Positions 40,074-50,730 of a stretch of 64,000 bases of DNA are shown piece after piece. The stretch spans positions 50,654,001 to 50,718,000 of the forward strand of contig NC_042999.1 in assembly GCF_006345805.1 (NCBI RefSeq). The letters are read 5' to 3'. Positions within the stretch are counted from its first letter, which is position 1. Each line of letters begins with the position of its first letter. Source of the stretch: Octopus sinensis. Its lineage: Eukaryota. Made by a program: the position numbers and the translations under genes. Below the pieces are notes generated by a model. The model did not search any database, was not told the origin of the DNA, and saw only the letters and a program-made list of their open reading frames with translations.

Positions 40074-42774
40074 TATATTTATAAATGTATGTATATATAT
40101 TTACACATGTATGTACAAATAAGTGTATGAATCCATTTATTTGTTGTTGGTGTATAACAATAAAGGCTGTAAACATGAGCAAGAAAACCACAAAAACTTT
40201 CACATCAAAGTCCTTTGCAGTATTGTTCTGCACCAAGTTATAGACACTCCCTTATTACTATCACCATAATAAATGCAGTGAACCAGTGATAGGTTTGTCA
40301 GAAATCTGAAGCATAATGCTCTCCAAATGTGATACAAATGAAAATTTTAAAAATAAATAATTGAATGTAACTTTTCCAAAAAATATTTCTAGTTTTGACA
40401 CTTTTAGAAATGATATTTATAGATTGTGTGTATGGAACTTAACAGTCATCACGACCCTAAGTTAATATTTCTTATAGTTTGGTAGTATACTGGCAAACAG
40501 AATAACTAATTAAAAGAAAAAGAAATATAATATTATTTATATTCAATTTAATTTGTGAAGTGATTCTTATGAATTTTAGAATTATTTCTTCTCATTAAGT
40601 TATTATAAAACAAAAGTGTTAAAGATGTAATTTGATTTACAGAATTATTTGACACCAATGCTAGATATAAAAATAGAACTAGCAGAGTACTCATCAAAGA
40701 AATTGGAGTCCATATGAAGTGGGTGATAAATGTTTCTATTGACTCCCCCAACAAGAGGCACCAAAATGGAATGGTGGTATAATTTAGAAGCACCTTTATA
40801 GGATTGAGGAATGGTTCAAACCATAAGTTACAAGTTGGTTTACTCATGATCAGATTCCTCTTGTTGTTTGAATGATTTAAGAAATAAAACAAAGGGCATA
40901 CAAGATTGGGTAAAAAAGCAGAAATATTTGATATAAACTCAATAATAATAATAATAATAATAATAATTAATACAATGTATCAGTCTTTCACACACTCACC
41001 TATATCCAGTTGTGAATTCATGTACTTTACAAAAGTTATTTGATGTAAACTGTATTATTGACATGGCACTAACAGAACACAGCAATATAACCATTTTAGT
41101 TTTGTATACTTAGATACTCATTGTTAACATATCAGCCACTTTACAGAAGCTAATTGCAAGTTTAGCAGAAAACCTAAAATGAAGCCTCAAATGGATTAAT
41201 ACTGTTTTATGTGTGGAACATAGCCTGTACAGGAGAACAATAGTAAGAGAAAGTATGGCTTTGTGATTTCTAAAACAACATACTAACTTTTGAAGCAGAT
41301 TAATTAGAAAAATTATTTCTTTAATGTGGGGATTCTGGTGTACAAATAGAATTCGCAGCTTTTGATTATTCATCTGATTTGATTGGGAAACTTTGTTACT
41401 AATAAAGATCAAAGACTTCTTCTGTGACAACTCTATTATTCACAAACAGCAAAACATTTTTCACAGATAAAACTTGAACCTCACATTTGAAGCTACAATG
41501 TTCTCAATTTTATATTGCTCGGTCCTTCCATTTGGAAGAAACATGATTTATTCCAATCAGAAAAACTTGAACATCTAATTGAACATTAATACATGTGGTG
41601 GAAATAATATGTAACTGTGCATATTAGGTATACAAAAAGCAAATGAAAGAAAGACGAGTAGTTATCGATAGGAAATATATTTTGATTTATCTTTGGAAGT
41701 TTACCTGCTTTCTTGAAGCAAAACTTAAGATTACATGTGATTTCTCATTAATGTCAGAAAAGTCAAAATATATACAAAGCATAAGGGAGAAATTAGTTCT
41801 GTAAACTTGGATAATTTGCGATAAACATATCCTAGTTAACAAACATTACGCTTTCAACTTTATCAAGATTGCGGCATAAATCATTTCTGACTGTCTCAAA
41901 GACATTCTTTAACAAACTTCCTTTGTTTCACTGAAATTTGGAAAGCTATCCAGAAATAGGTAATGTGATCTTGCTTGACATGTTTAAGGTGAAGAATAGA
42001 GAAAATTGAAATAAATGAACACTGATAAATCACATCGTGAAATTCTCCACTCTGTTATCAAAATTCAGCTAAAGCTCTAATTTGCAACAGAATATAAAGA
42101 GAAGATAGAGAAGATCATTGAAGAAAGACAATGACCTGGAGTCAGAACTACTGTGATAATTTCATACTGTTTTCTGAGTTTCTATAGATAACATTACTTG
42201 GTGTATTTAAAAATAGTTCTGTGTAGGAGGCTATCTTACACTAACTAAAGATTCCCGATTAAAAGAAAACAAAGAATAAATGTAAAAATATTCAAGAAAA
42301 GAAAGCAGAGATTTACAAATATTTATCTTTTTTTATTGTCAAATAGCTTTTTCATTAACTTATATTCTTTAATCAAATGCAATTATTCCCTGAGAAATTA
42401 GGGAAAACAATTTCAGTTGGAAACATAGCCAGAATAGTTAGTGTATTTGTTTGTTCATCAAATATCTATGTTTTTTTTTGTTCCTGTTTTTTTGTTTTTT
42501 TTTTCCATGTTTACATGGTTTGGATTGGGACTTATTTAAGGTAGGATTTTATGACTGGATGCTCTTCCTGCTGTTAATCTTGTTTTTCAGGTACAGGAAA
42601 TTTTATTCATAAGTATTTGGAAGCACAGAGTGACTAGTAATAATGTCAACAATGAATGGCAATATCTGAAACGGCTTCACTCAGGCAGTGACAAACAAAA
42701 GAAGCCTTGGAATATCAATATTTGCAGAAATGCACAAATAAATACACACACATCATCTTACAGACGGGCTTCTA

Positions 42775-43015
42775 TACACTTTCTTATTTCTTTATTGCCC
42801 ACAAAGGGCTAAACACAGAGAGGACAAACAAGGACAAACAAACGGATTAAGTCGATTATATCGACCCCAGTGTGTAACTGGTACTTAATTTATCAACCCC
42901 GAAAGGATGAAAGGCAAAGTCGACCTCGGTGGAATTTGAACTGAGAACATAGTGGCAGACGAAATACCGCTAAGCATTTTGCCCGGCATGCTAACGTTTC
43001 TGCCAGCTCGCTGGC
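42775..43015 (-). mobile_element. tRNA-derived SINE (family B)
   Basis: Reverse complement of 57632-57866; shares the gtcgactttgcctttcatcctttcg..gtcgataaattaagtaccag domain. Confidence 0.8.
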
Positions 43016-43789
43016 TTCTATACACTTTCTGCCTACCAAATTCACTCACAAGACTAAATTAGTTGGTTGGGGGCTATGGAATAAAATATCCATTCAAAGT
43101 ATCATGCACAGGGCCTGAACCCAAAACTATGTGGATCTGAAGTAAAATTCTTGATCACAAAATCATGCCAGCACAACTTAAATCCCTCTCAGACCTGGAA
43201 CTCTGTGTCTAAATTTACCCTCTGTCTGGGCTCCTGAGCAAAAATATAAATAGTTGCATATACAGCCCAAGAGTAATGACTGCAGACAAACTAGTGAACA
43301 AAATCAGTTGCATCTTTATGTTTCTATGTAAGCAGTTCATTACCCCTTTACTGACAGGGATGATGTTCAACCAATATCCATTATTATAATAGCAGAAATA
43401 GAGCATGACAGGTTTATAGGTGCTGAATGGCCAGATTGAAATTGAAAAGTTCTAATCCTAGCATTACCCTTTTATTGTGCTCCGAGATTAAAGAAAGCAA
43501 AACAAGACTGGAAATATGTACTGCATCTCCTTCACTGTGGAATGCTTAACATTAGGAATACAAACACTTGTTAAAATATGTTGTTTCACCAGTTCAGATA
43601 ATATTTACATGACCTCCTATAACATCGTCATAAAACAAGCCAACACATGCTGGCAGAATCATTGGCAAGCAGCATGCATTCTAAATTCTAAGGTTCAATA
43701 TTCTAAGGTTGACCTTGTCTTTCATCCTTTAGGGGTCGACAAAATAAAAACCAGTTGAGTACTGGAGTTGTTGTTTGTTTGTTTGTTCT

Positions 43790-44075
43790 TTCTCGAGCAA
43801 TGCCTGGCTCATAAGGGCCGGTTTCCCAGTTTCCTTGGCATATAGGTTCCTCACCTGGACAGGACACCAGTCTGTCGCAGGTGAACTGCAAGATGCAGGA
43901 GGAAAGAGTGAGAGAAAGTTGTGGTGAAAGAGTCAGCAGAATTTCACCATTACCTTCTGCTGGAGCCGTGTGGAGCTTAGGTGTTTCACTCATAAACACA
44001 CACATCGCCCGGTCTGAGATTTGAACCCACGATCCCTCGACCGCGAGTCCACTGCTCTAACGACTAGGCAATGTG
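43790..44075 (-). mobile_element. tRNA-derived SINE (family C, V-domain-like)
   Basis: tRNA-like head and a gcga..gactggtgtcc(c/t)gtccagg motif; relatives at 50925-51135, 53505-53810 and 63643-63890. Confidence 0.65.
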
Positions 44076-44471
44076 CATCCACTGAGTACTGGAGTCAATG
44101 TAATCAACTTAGCCCCTCTCCCGAAACTGCTGGCCTTGTGGAACAATTTGAAACCAATACTCACACAGAAACACACATACATAAGAGTACAGGTATGACT
44201 GTGTGGTACAAAGTTTCTTTCCCAACCACATGGTCTCACTTCAGTCCTACAGTGTGATATCATGAGTGTCTTCTGCTATAAACCCAGGCCCAACCAAAAC
44301 CTTTTGAGTGGATTTGGAGACAGAAACTGACAGAAACCCACTATGTGTGTGTGTTACTGTCACTGCCTTGACATGATGTGATAGTTGTGAGTTTCCTTGT
44401 CATCCAATTGGTATGCTTTGCTTCCAGTCTGTGAAAACATATATGATCATGGGAAAATATTAACTTACTAC

Positions 44472-44902
44472 ATAGGAGTGGTTGTGTGGGAAGTAGTTTG
44501 CTTACCAACAACATGATTCTGGGTTCAGTCCCACTGCATGGCACCTTGGGCAAGTGTCTTCTACTATGGCCTCCGGCCGACCAAAGCCTTGTGAGTGGAT
44601 TTGGTAGACAGAAACTGAAAGAAGCCTGTCGTATATATGTATATATATATAATGGGTTTCTCTCAGTTTTCTCTTTGTATGTATGTGTGTGTGTATATGT
44701 TTGTGTGTCTGTGTTTGTCCCCCCAACATCGTTTGACAACCGATGCTGGTGTGTTTACGTCTCCGTAACTTAGCGGTTCAGCAAAAGAGACTGATAGAAT
44801 AAGTACTTGGCTTACAAAGAATAAGTCCTAGGGTTGATTTCCTCGACTAAAGGTGGTGCTCCAGCATGGCCACAGTCACATAACTGAAACAAGTAAAAGA
44901 GT
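44472..44902 (+). mobile_element. Family A SINE
   Basis: Match to other window copies. Confidence 0.85.
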
Positions 44903-45689
44903 TACTTGGAAACAAGTGAGGGTTGGCAACAGGAAGGGAATTCAGTTGTAGAAAATCCACCTCAGTAAATTTCTTCCGATCCATGCAAACATGGTAAAAT
45001 GGATGTTAAAATGATGATGATGATGATGACATAAGTTATTTAAGACATCAATGTTAAAAATCAAAAAAGATTAAAACTTTTCAATTTTGTTTTGAGAAAC
45101 TATTGTACCATGTGGGCCAAATTGATAATATTGATGTAAAAAATTCAATATTCAGTTTTTGTTTTCACAACCACACAACTGGATAAAAGTATTCAATATC
45201 ACTTACTTCCATTTAAATTTTGTAATCAGGAGTGGACCCAAGCGAGGGCCTGAGGGTTACATGCGACCCTCAAGAAAAGAAGTGCACCTTTCTAAATAAT
45301 GTTATTACGCCCTTTTCTCCTTGACTGGTATTATTCCCTTCTGACCTTGTACCCACCCTTCGAAGAATTTTTGGGACCACACCTGGTATATAGTCCTTAT
45401 ATATATATATATATATATATAGTAGGGAATATAATTCCAAACTTACAGGGAAAAATTCAGTTTAGCAATTCTAAATCAAATTTCCCAATATATAATATAT
45501 GTATATAATAAAGAGAAATAATGTTTATTTAATTTAGTGATTTTTTTAATAAAATTTTTTCTATATAATATAATGTCTTTCACTATTGAATTACTTAATA
45601 GAGGTTATTTCTCTTAATTATATATATATATATACCGTTGGCGATTTTTTTCCTCTGTCTTCCCTTCTCTAGATCTTTCCTTCTCCTAT

Positions 45690-45723
45690 GTTTCCGACAA
45701 AGAGTCCACTCGAAATGTTAAAC
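45690..45723 (+). ncRNA. Degenerate minimal hammerhead motif in a (TA)n-bounded ~190-bp relic
   Basis: GTTT-CCGACAA-A-GAG(tcca)CTC-GAAA-T-GTT-AAAC; three transitions away from the core consensus. Confidence 0.5.
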
Positions 45724-46057
45724 CCTCCTTCTTTCCTTCTTTCCGGAGTGTCCAATAATACTATATTTGTTCCACGTCCTCGCATTGTTGTGTTTTTTTG
45801 TGCCTTCTTGTTTGGATTAACTATATATATATATATATATATATTATGTGAAATAGAAAGATGAATAATCTTGTAGTAGATTAATCAAAAGTTTAACCGA
45901 TACCTTAGTAGCAAAAATCACAGCAGTAAACAGCATGGTTGGAGGTACAACCATCTGGCGTTGCAACCGTGCGTTGGTGCGGATAATTGAAATTAAAACA
46001 TTGGTGAATTGAAGAAATGGAGCTGAACGCAGATTGAACAGAAATCGTTTTATTTCA

Positions 46058-46138
46058 TTCTACACGTGTTTCGAAAGGCACAAATTACCAAAATCCGATT
46101 GAATAATGGGACCATATTGTGTCTTTCTCTTCAGGAAG
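46058..46138 (-). ncRNA. Type I hammerhead ribozyme (intact core), PLE left arm
   Basis: Reverse complement of 49781-49861. Confidence 0.88.
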
Positions 46139-46735
46139 AAAAAAGGAAATCCGTTGGAAAAACAAAAACAGAACAGAGGCGGAGCAAAAACAAATCGAAC
46201 TATGCTCCTAAGAGCCCATGGCGAAACTGTTTATCAGTGTATGTTGAGAACCGGTGGCTGAAGAATTCAACGGGTCAGGCATCGGTCAATCATGTGGGTG
46301 AGGGTGTATAGATGTTCTTTGTGACCGAGAATAAAGTTCTGACTATTTAAGGAATATTGGATGTTTTATAAGGGGCGAGAAAAAATCTACTTAGAGACGT
46401 GTGTGTGTGTATACTGTTCTATATATGTGTGTGTTGGCGTAGGGGTAGAAAACATTTTTTGTGTACGTGTGTGCGTTTGATCGTTCGGCTGTCAGTGGCT
46501 ACTGCCGTGATAACCGTTGGGTGGCAGAAAGAAAAAAAATATATATATATTATGTTTTATGTGTGTGTGTGTTCATCTAAGCCTGCCTTGTCAAGGAAAC
46601 CCCCCGCTGTGAAAAAACCAAGCCCCATTTGTCCTACAGGAGTAATTCCCCTTGCAGTGGTTAATCGTAGATATCTTAAAAGCTATTTCAGAATTTGTTA
46701 CCAAGGGCTATGGGTGCTGGTATTATTTATAAACG

Positions 46736-48076
46736 CTATTTAAAAGCCAGATAAGTGTAACGCCGCCAATGGGGGCATCGAAAAGCCGACTGTAAGAGCC
46801 CGTTTACCATCCGGCCTCTGGCAAACAAAATATGGAAGAGTTCGGAGACACAAAGGTTGCACTGTCTTCTGCCCCTATCAAATGGGAGGGCCACCGACAA
46901 AATTGACCATTCCAGCCTATAGCTTAAGTTCGTATCCTTCAGTCGCCATATTAGCTTACTGAGTCCCGTGGTCTGGCGCTTGTTCACGTCCCGAAAAGTT
47001 GCGTAATGGTTGGAGACACGCAAAGACAATCTTGAGGATGATGCCCCTACATAAGTGAAGACATCTGAGTCCGTGTAAACCTTGCATTGGTAGAAGGCGT
47101 TTTTGATCTTGGAGTTCGCCGACGTGAATCTTAATCTGCTAGGATTAGTTTCTGAAATTAGAACTGCGTTCCTGTCACTATATTCGTTCCGAGACCTGCA
47201 GCCGCTTACTACTCTATTTTCCACTACGTCACTATTAACTATAGGAATAACCCCTGGTTCTCCACTATCTATCAGAGTGCTGTCATTGCAACTGCCCGTG
47301 GTGCTGCTATTGCGGGAAATGATGCTGGGGATGCTATTGGGGCTCTCTACCCTACTCCCATTGTTACCGTCAACCACAACACCCCTATTTATAACTATAC
47401 CCCTAGTGGGTACTCCCTGGCTGGAGCTGAGATTATGTGTCACTGTACTGGCTCTCATATCATTATTACTACTATAATTATTCCTACTGAGCATTAAACC
47501 GGGAGCGGAAGAGGCTGCGCCTCCGGAAAAAGGTGATAGGGTCTTAGTAAGTAGCCTATTATTATGGGAGGCAATTATCTGGGCGAGGTTTTTAGTGTTG
47601 GAGAAAGCTATCCTAACTTTATGTGAGTTAACCGTGGAGTAATATTTGGAATTTCTGGGGAAGTTATTGGCGATGGCTTGTCTAAACATGAGGGGGATGT
47701 TAGTTCTAATCTGCTTACCAAAGGGGATTACAAACCATATATGCTTATTCCTATCAGTGTGATGGGTCGGGACGCCAGCTCTCGCATTCAGGTGGGTGAT
47801 TCTCGGATGAATAACGGGTCTTGGGTTAGTGTAAGACCTCCCGGACCGATAATTATCCTTGTTCGCTAAATTAAATGCGGGAGCGACTACCCCGGCATCC
47901 GCCGCGCTCCCGTCCTTACTTAAAATGTTAATGTTATTATATACGGCCCTATCCTGATGACCGAATGATGGCATCGGAAGGGCCGGATCAATATAAATTA
48001 CCTTCTGCCTATAACCGGCCTTGGATAGTGCGGCGTTATAAAATTCCGCTTTCTGCATAAAAATATCGGCACTGGC
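46736..48076 (-). CDS. PLE polyprotein C-terminal part (RT thumb, linker, GIY-YIG endonuclease), 446 codons, 5'-truncated; frame stays open to 48241
   Basis: SADIFMQKAEFYNAALSKAGY (thumb-like), KHIWFVIPFGKQIRTNI...KVRIAFSNTKNLAQIIASHN, AFYQC...TYVG (GIY-YIG), RVSNH, CNLCVSE, RCPH. Confidence 0.88.
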   Translation of the reverse strand, partial: ASADIFMQKAEFYNAALSKAGYRQKVIYIDPALPMPSFGHQDRAVYNNINILSKDGSAADAGVVAPAFNLANKDNYRSGRSYTNPRPVIHPRITHLNARAGVPTHHTDRNKHIWFVIPFGKQIRTNIPLMFRQAIANNFPRNSKYYSTVNSHKVRIAFSNTKNLAQIIASHNNRLLTKTLSPFSGGAASSAPGLMLSRNNYSSNNDMRASTVTHNLSSSQGVPTRGIVINRGVVVDGNNGSRVESPNSIPSIISRNSSTTGSCNDSTLIDSGEPGVIPIVNSDVVENRVVSGCRSRNEYSDRNAVLISETNPSRLRFTSANSKIKNAFYQCKVYTDSDVFTYVGASSSRLSLRVSNHYATFRDVNKRQTTGLSKLIWRLKDTNLSYRLEWSILSVALPFDRGRRQCNLCVSELFHILFARGRMVNGLLQSAFRCPHWRRYTYLAFK

Positions 48077-49183
48077 GGGAGGTCTTACACTAACCCAAGA
48101 CCCGTTATTCATCCGAGAATCACCCACCCGAATGCGAGAGCTGGCGTCCCGACCCATCACACTGATAGGAATAAGCATATATGGTTTGTAATCCCCTTTG
48201 GTAAGCAGATTAGAACTAACCTCCCCCTCATGTTTAGACAAGCCATCGCCAATAACTTCCCCAGAAATTCCAAATATTACTCCACGGTTAACTCACATAA
48301 AGTTAGGATAGCTTTCTCCAACACTAAAAACCTCGCCCAGATAATCGCCTCCCATAATAATAGGCTACTTACTAAGACCCTATCACCTTTTTCCGGAGGC
48401 GCAGCCTCTTCCGCTCCCGGTTTAATGCTCAGTAGGAATAATTATAGTAGTAATAATGATATGAGAGCCTGTACAGTGACACATAATCTCAGCTCCAGCC
48501 AGGGAGTACCCACTAGGGGTATAGTTATAAATAGGGGTGTTGTGGTTGACGGTAACAATGGGAGTAGGGTAGAGAGCCCCAATAGCATCCCCAGCATCAT
48601 TTCCCGCAATAGCAGCACCACGGGCAGTAGCAATGACAGCACTCTGATAGATAGTGGAGAATCAGGGGTTATTCCTATAGTTAATAGTGACGTAGTGGAA
48701 AATAGAGTAGTAAGCGGCTGCAGGTCTCGGAACGAATATAGTGACAGGAACGCAGTTCTAATTTCAGAAACTAATCCTAGCAGATTAAGATTCACGTCAG
48801 CGAACTCCAAGATCAAAAACGCCGTCTACCAATGCAAGGTTTACACGGACTCAGATGTCTTCACTTATGTAGGGGCATCATCCTCAAGATTGTCTTTGCG
48901 TGTCTCCAACCATTACGCAACTTTTCGGGTCGTGAACAAGCGCCAGACCACGGGACTCAGTAAGCTAATATGGCGACTGAAGGATACGAACTTAAGCTAT
49001 AGGCTGGAATGGTCAATTTTGTCGGTGGCCCTCCCATTTGATAGGGGCAGAAGACAGTGCAACCTTTGTGTCTCCGAACTCTTCCATATTTTGTTTGCCA
49101 GAGGCCGGATGGTAAACGGGCTCTTACAGTCGGCTTTTCGATGCCCCCATTGGCGGCGTTACACTTATCTGGCTTTTAAATAG
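48077..49183 (+). CDS. PLE linker plus GIY-YIG endonuclease, 5'-truncated second copy (first ATG 48230)
   Basis: Near-identical to the minus-strand copy; NAVYQCKVYTDSDVFTYVG, LSKLIWRLKD, CNLCVSE. Confidence 0.88.
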   Translation, partial: GRSYTNPRPVIHPRITHPNARAGVPTHHTDRNKHIWFVIPFGKQIRTNLPLMFRQAIANNFPRNSKYYSTVNSHKVRIAFSNTKNLAQIIASHNNRLLTKTLSPFSGGAASSAPGLMLSRNNYSSNNDMRACTVTHNLSSSQGVPTRGIVINRGVVVDGNNGSRVESPNSIPSIISRNSSTTGSSNDSTLIDSGESGVIPIVNSDVVENRVVSGCRSRNEYSDRNAVLISETNPSRLRFTSANSKIKNAVYQCKVYTDSDVFTYVGASSSRLSLRVSNHYATFRVVNKRQTTGLSKLIWRLKDTNLSYRLEWSILSVALPFDRGRRQCNLCVSELFHILFARGRMVNGLLQSAFRCPHWRRYTYLAFK

Positions 49184-49780
49184 CGTTTATAAATAATACC
49201 GGCACCCATAGCCCTTGGTAACAAATTCTGAAATAGCTTTTAAGATATCTACGATTAACCACTGCAAGAGGAATTACTCCTGTAGGACAAACGGGGCTTG
49301 GTTTTTTCACAGCGGGGGGTTTCCTTGACAAGGCAGGCTTAGATGAACACACACACACATAAAACATAATATATATATATTTTTTTTCTTTCTGCCACCC
49401 AACGGTTATCACGGCAGTAGCCACTGACAGCCGAACGATCAAACGCACACACGTACACAAAAAATGTTTTCTACCCCTACGCCAACACACACATATATAG
49501 AACAGTATACACACACACACGTCTCTAAGTAGATTTTTTCTCACCCCTTATAAAACATCCAATATTCCTTAAATAGTCAGAACTTTATTCTCGGTCACAA
49601 AGAACATCTATACACCCTCACCCACATGATTGACCGATGCCTGACCCGTTGAATTCTTCAGCCACCGGTTCTCAACATACACTGATAAACAGTTTCGCCA
49701 TGGGCTCTTAGGAGCATAGTTCGATTTGTTTTTGCTCCGCCTCTGTTCTGTTTTTGTTTTTCCAACGGATTTCCTTTTTT

Positions 49781-49861
49781 CTTCCTGAAGAGAAAGACAC
49801 AATATGGTCCCATTATTCAATCGGATTTTGGTAATTTGTGCCTTTCGAAACACGTGTAGAA
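49781..49861 (+). ncRNA. Type I hammerhead ribozyme (intact core), PLE right arm
   Basis: CTTC-CTGAAGA(49785-91)-GAAAG/CTTTC stem II extended by CACAA/TTGTG-GAAA(49847-50)-palindromic ACACGTGT stem III-GTA cleavage triplet (49856-58)-GAA. Confidence 0.88.
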
Positions 49862-49920
49862 TGAAATAAAACGATTTCTGTTCAATCTGCGTTCAGCTCC
49901 ATTTCTTCAATTCACCAATG

Positions 49921-49955
<35 letters not shown>

Positions 49956-50298
49956 TGTATGTATATATATATATTCTATACATACAATTTTTATACTTGT
50001 CCCAGACATTCACAAGAAAACAGATGAAATGGTGAGAAATGGTCTCAAGAAGCTGAAGAAGATGACTAAAATCTTTGATGATTAATAATAAACAATTCTG
50101 AAAGAGACCATCCCACAAATGCAAACTTGGAGAATTGGTTGATACAATAGTTTAGTGTTGGAGGATGGGATGTATAATATAGCAAGTATTAGGTCTCTTC
50201 ATTAGCTTTTCATCTGTCACACCCTACTCTCTATTTAGCGTATCAGGCTGTACATAGGCTGTGTATGTAATAAAGGATGGCATTTGATATCCTTGTAT

Positions 50299-50730
50299 TT
50301 GGTGAATGCAATTGTCTTCCCAATAGCAACATATAGATGTGAGACCTGGACACTAAAGAAAGCTGACCAGAAGAGAATTAATGCATTCAAGCTTTGGTGT
50401 TGGAGAAGACTTTTACGGATTCCATGGACAGCGAGGCTCACCAATGGAGAAGTTCTTAAGCAGATCAGGCCGAAAATGTCGCTAGAAGCTAGGATCACCA
50501 AGCATAGATTGGCATATTTCGGTCATATTATGCAGAGAAAATCCCTGGAGAAGGACATCATGCTCAGAATGGTCAGTGGCGAGAGCGGAAGAGGCCGACC
50601 AAGAACCCGCTGGCTTGACACCATCAAGAGTGATACCGGAATGGACATAGCCAATCTGAAAGAAGCGGCCCAGGATAGAACTGACTGGAGGACACTGATC
50701 CGAGTAACCGAGAGTCGACTTTGACTGAGT
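50299..50730 (+). pseudogene. RTE/BovB-clade LINE 3' fragment
   Basis: LVNAIVFPIATYRCETWTLKKADQKRINAFKLWCWRRLLRIPWTAR...YFGHIMQR...GRGRPRTRWLD. Confidence 0.9.

Larger units (their letters stand above)
45844..49922. mobile_element. Penelope-like retroelement, head-to-head inverted 5'-truncated dimer inserted in (TA)n
   Basis: Arms 45997-47843 (-) and 48076-49922 (+), 1847 bp each; mirror coordinates sum to 95919 throughout; 232-bp spacer; 153-bp left extension; (TA)n on both flanks. Confidence 0.92.

Noticed and set aside
18940-42000. Scattered candidate host exons (e.g. minus 19150-18980, 38470-38400, 41920-41850; plus 40640-40720)
   Set aside because: Splice-like sites are present, but no recognisable protein homology or consistent phase chain, so they cannot be supported without RNA data
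47103-47477. 124-aa ORF and its mirror at 48442-48816; also 46399-46743/49176-49544 and 46066-46311/49608-49853
   Set aside because: Antisense shadows of the PLE low-complexity linker or 3' UTR; no recognisable motifs
47955-47985. CTGATGA plus a 4-bp stem near the centre of the PLE palindrome
   Set aside because: Followed by AAGG rather than GAAA, no stems I or III, and antisense to coding sequence; treated as chance
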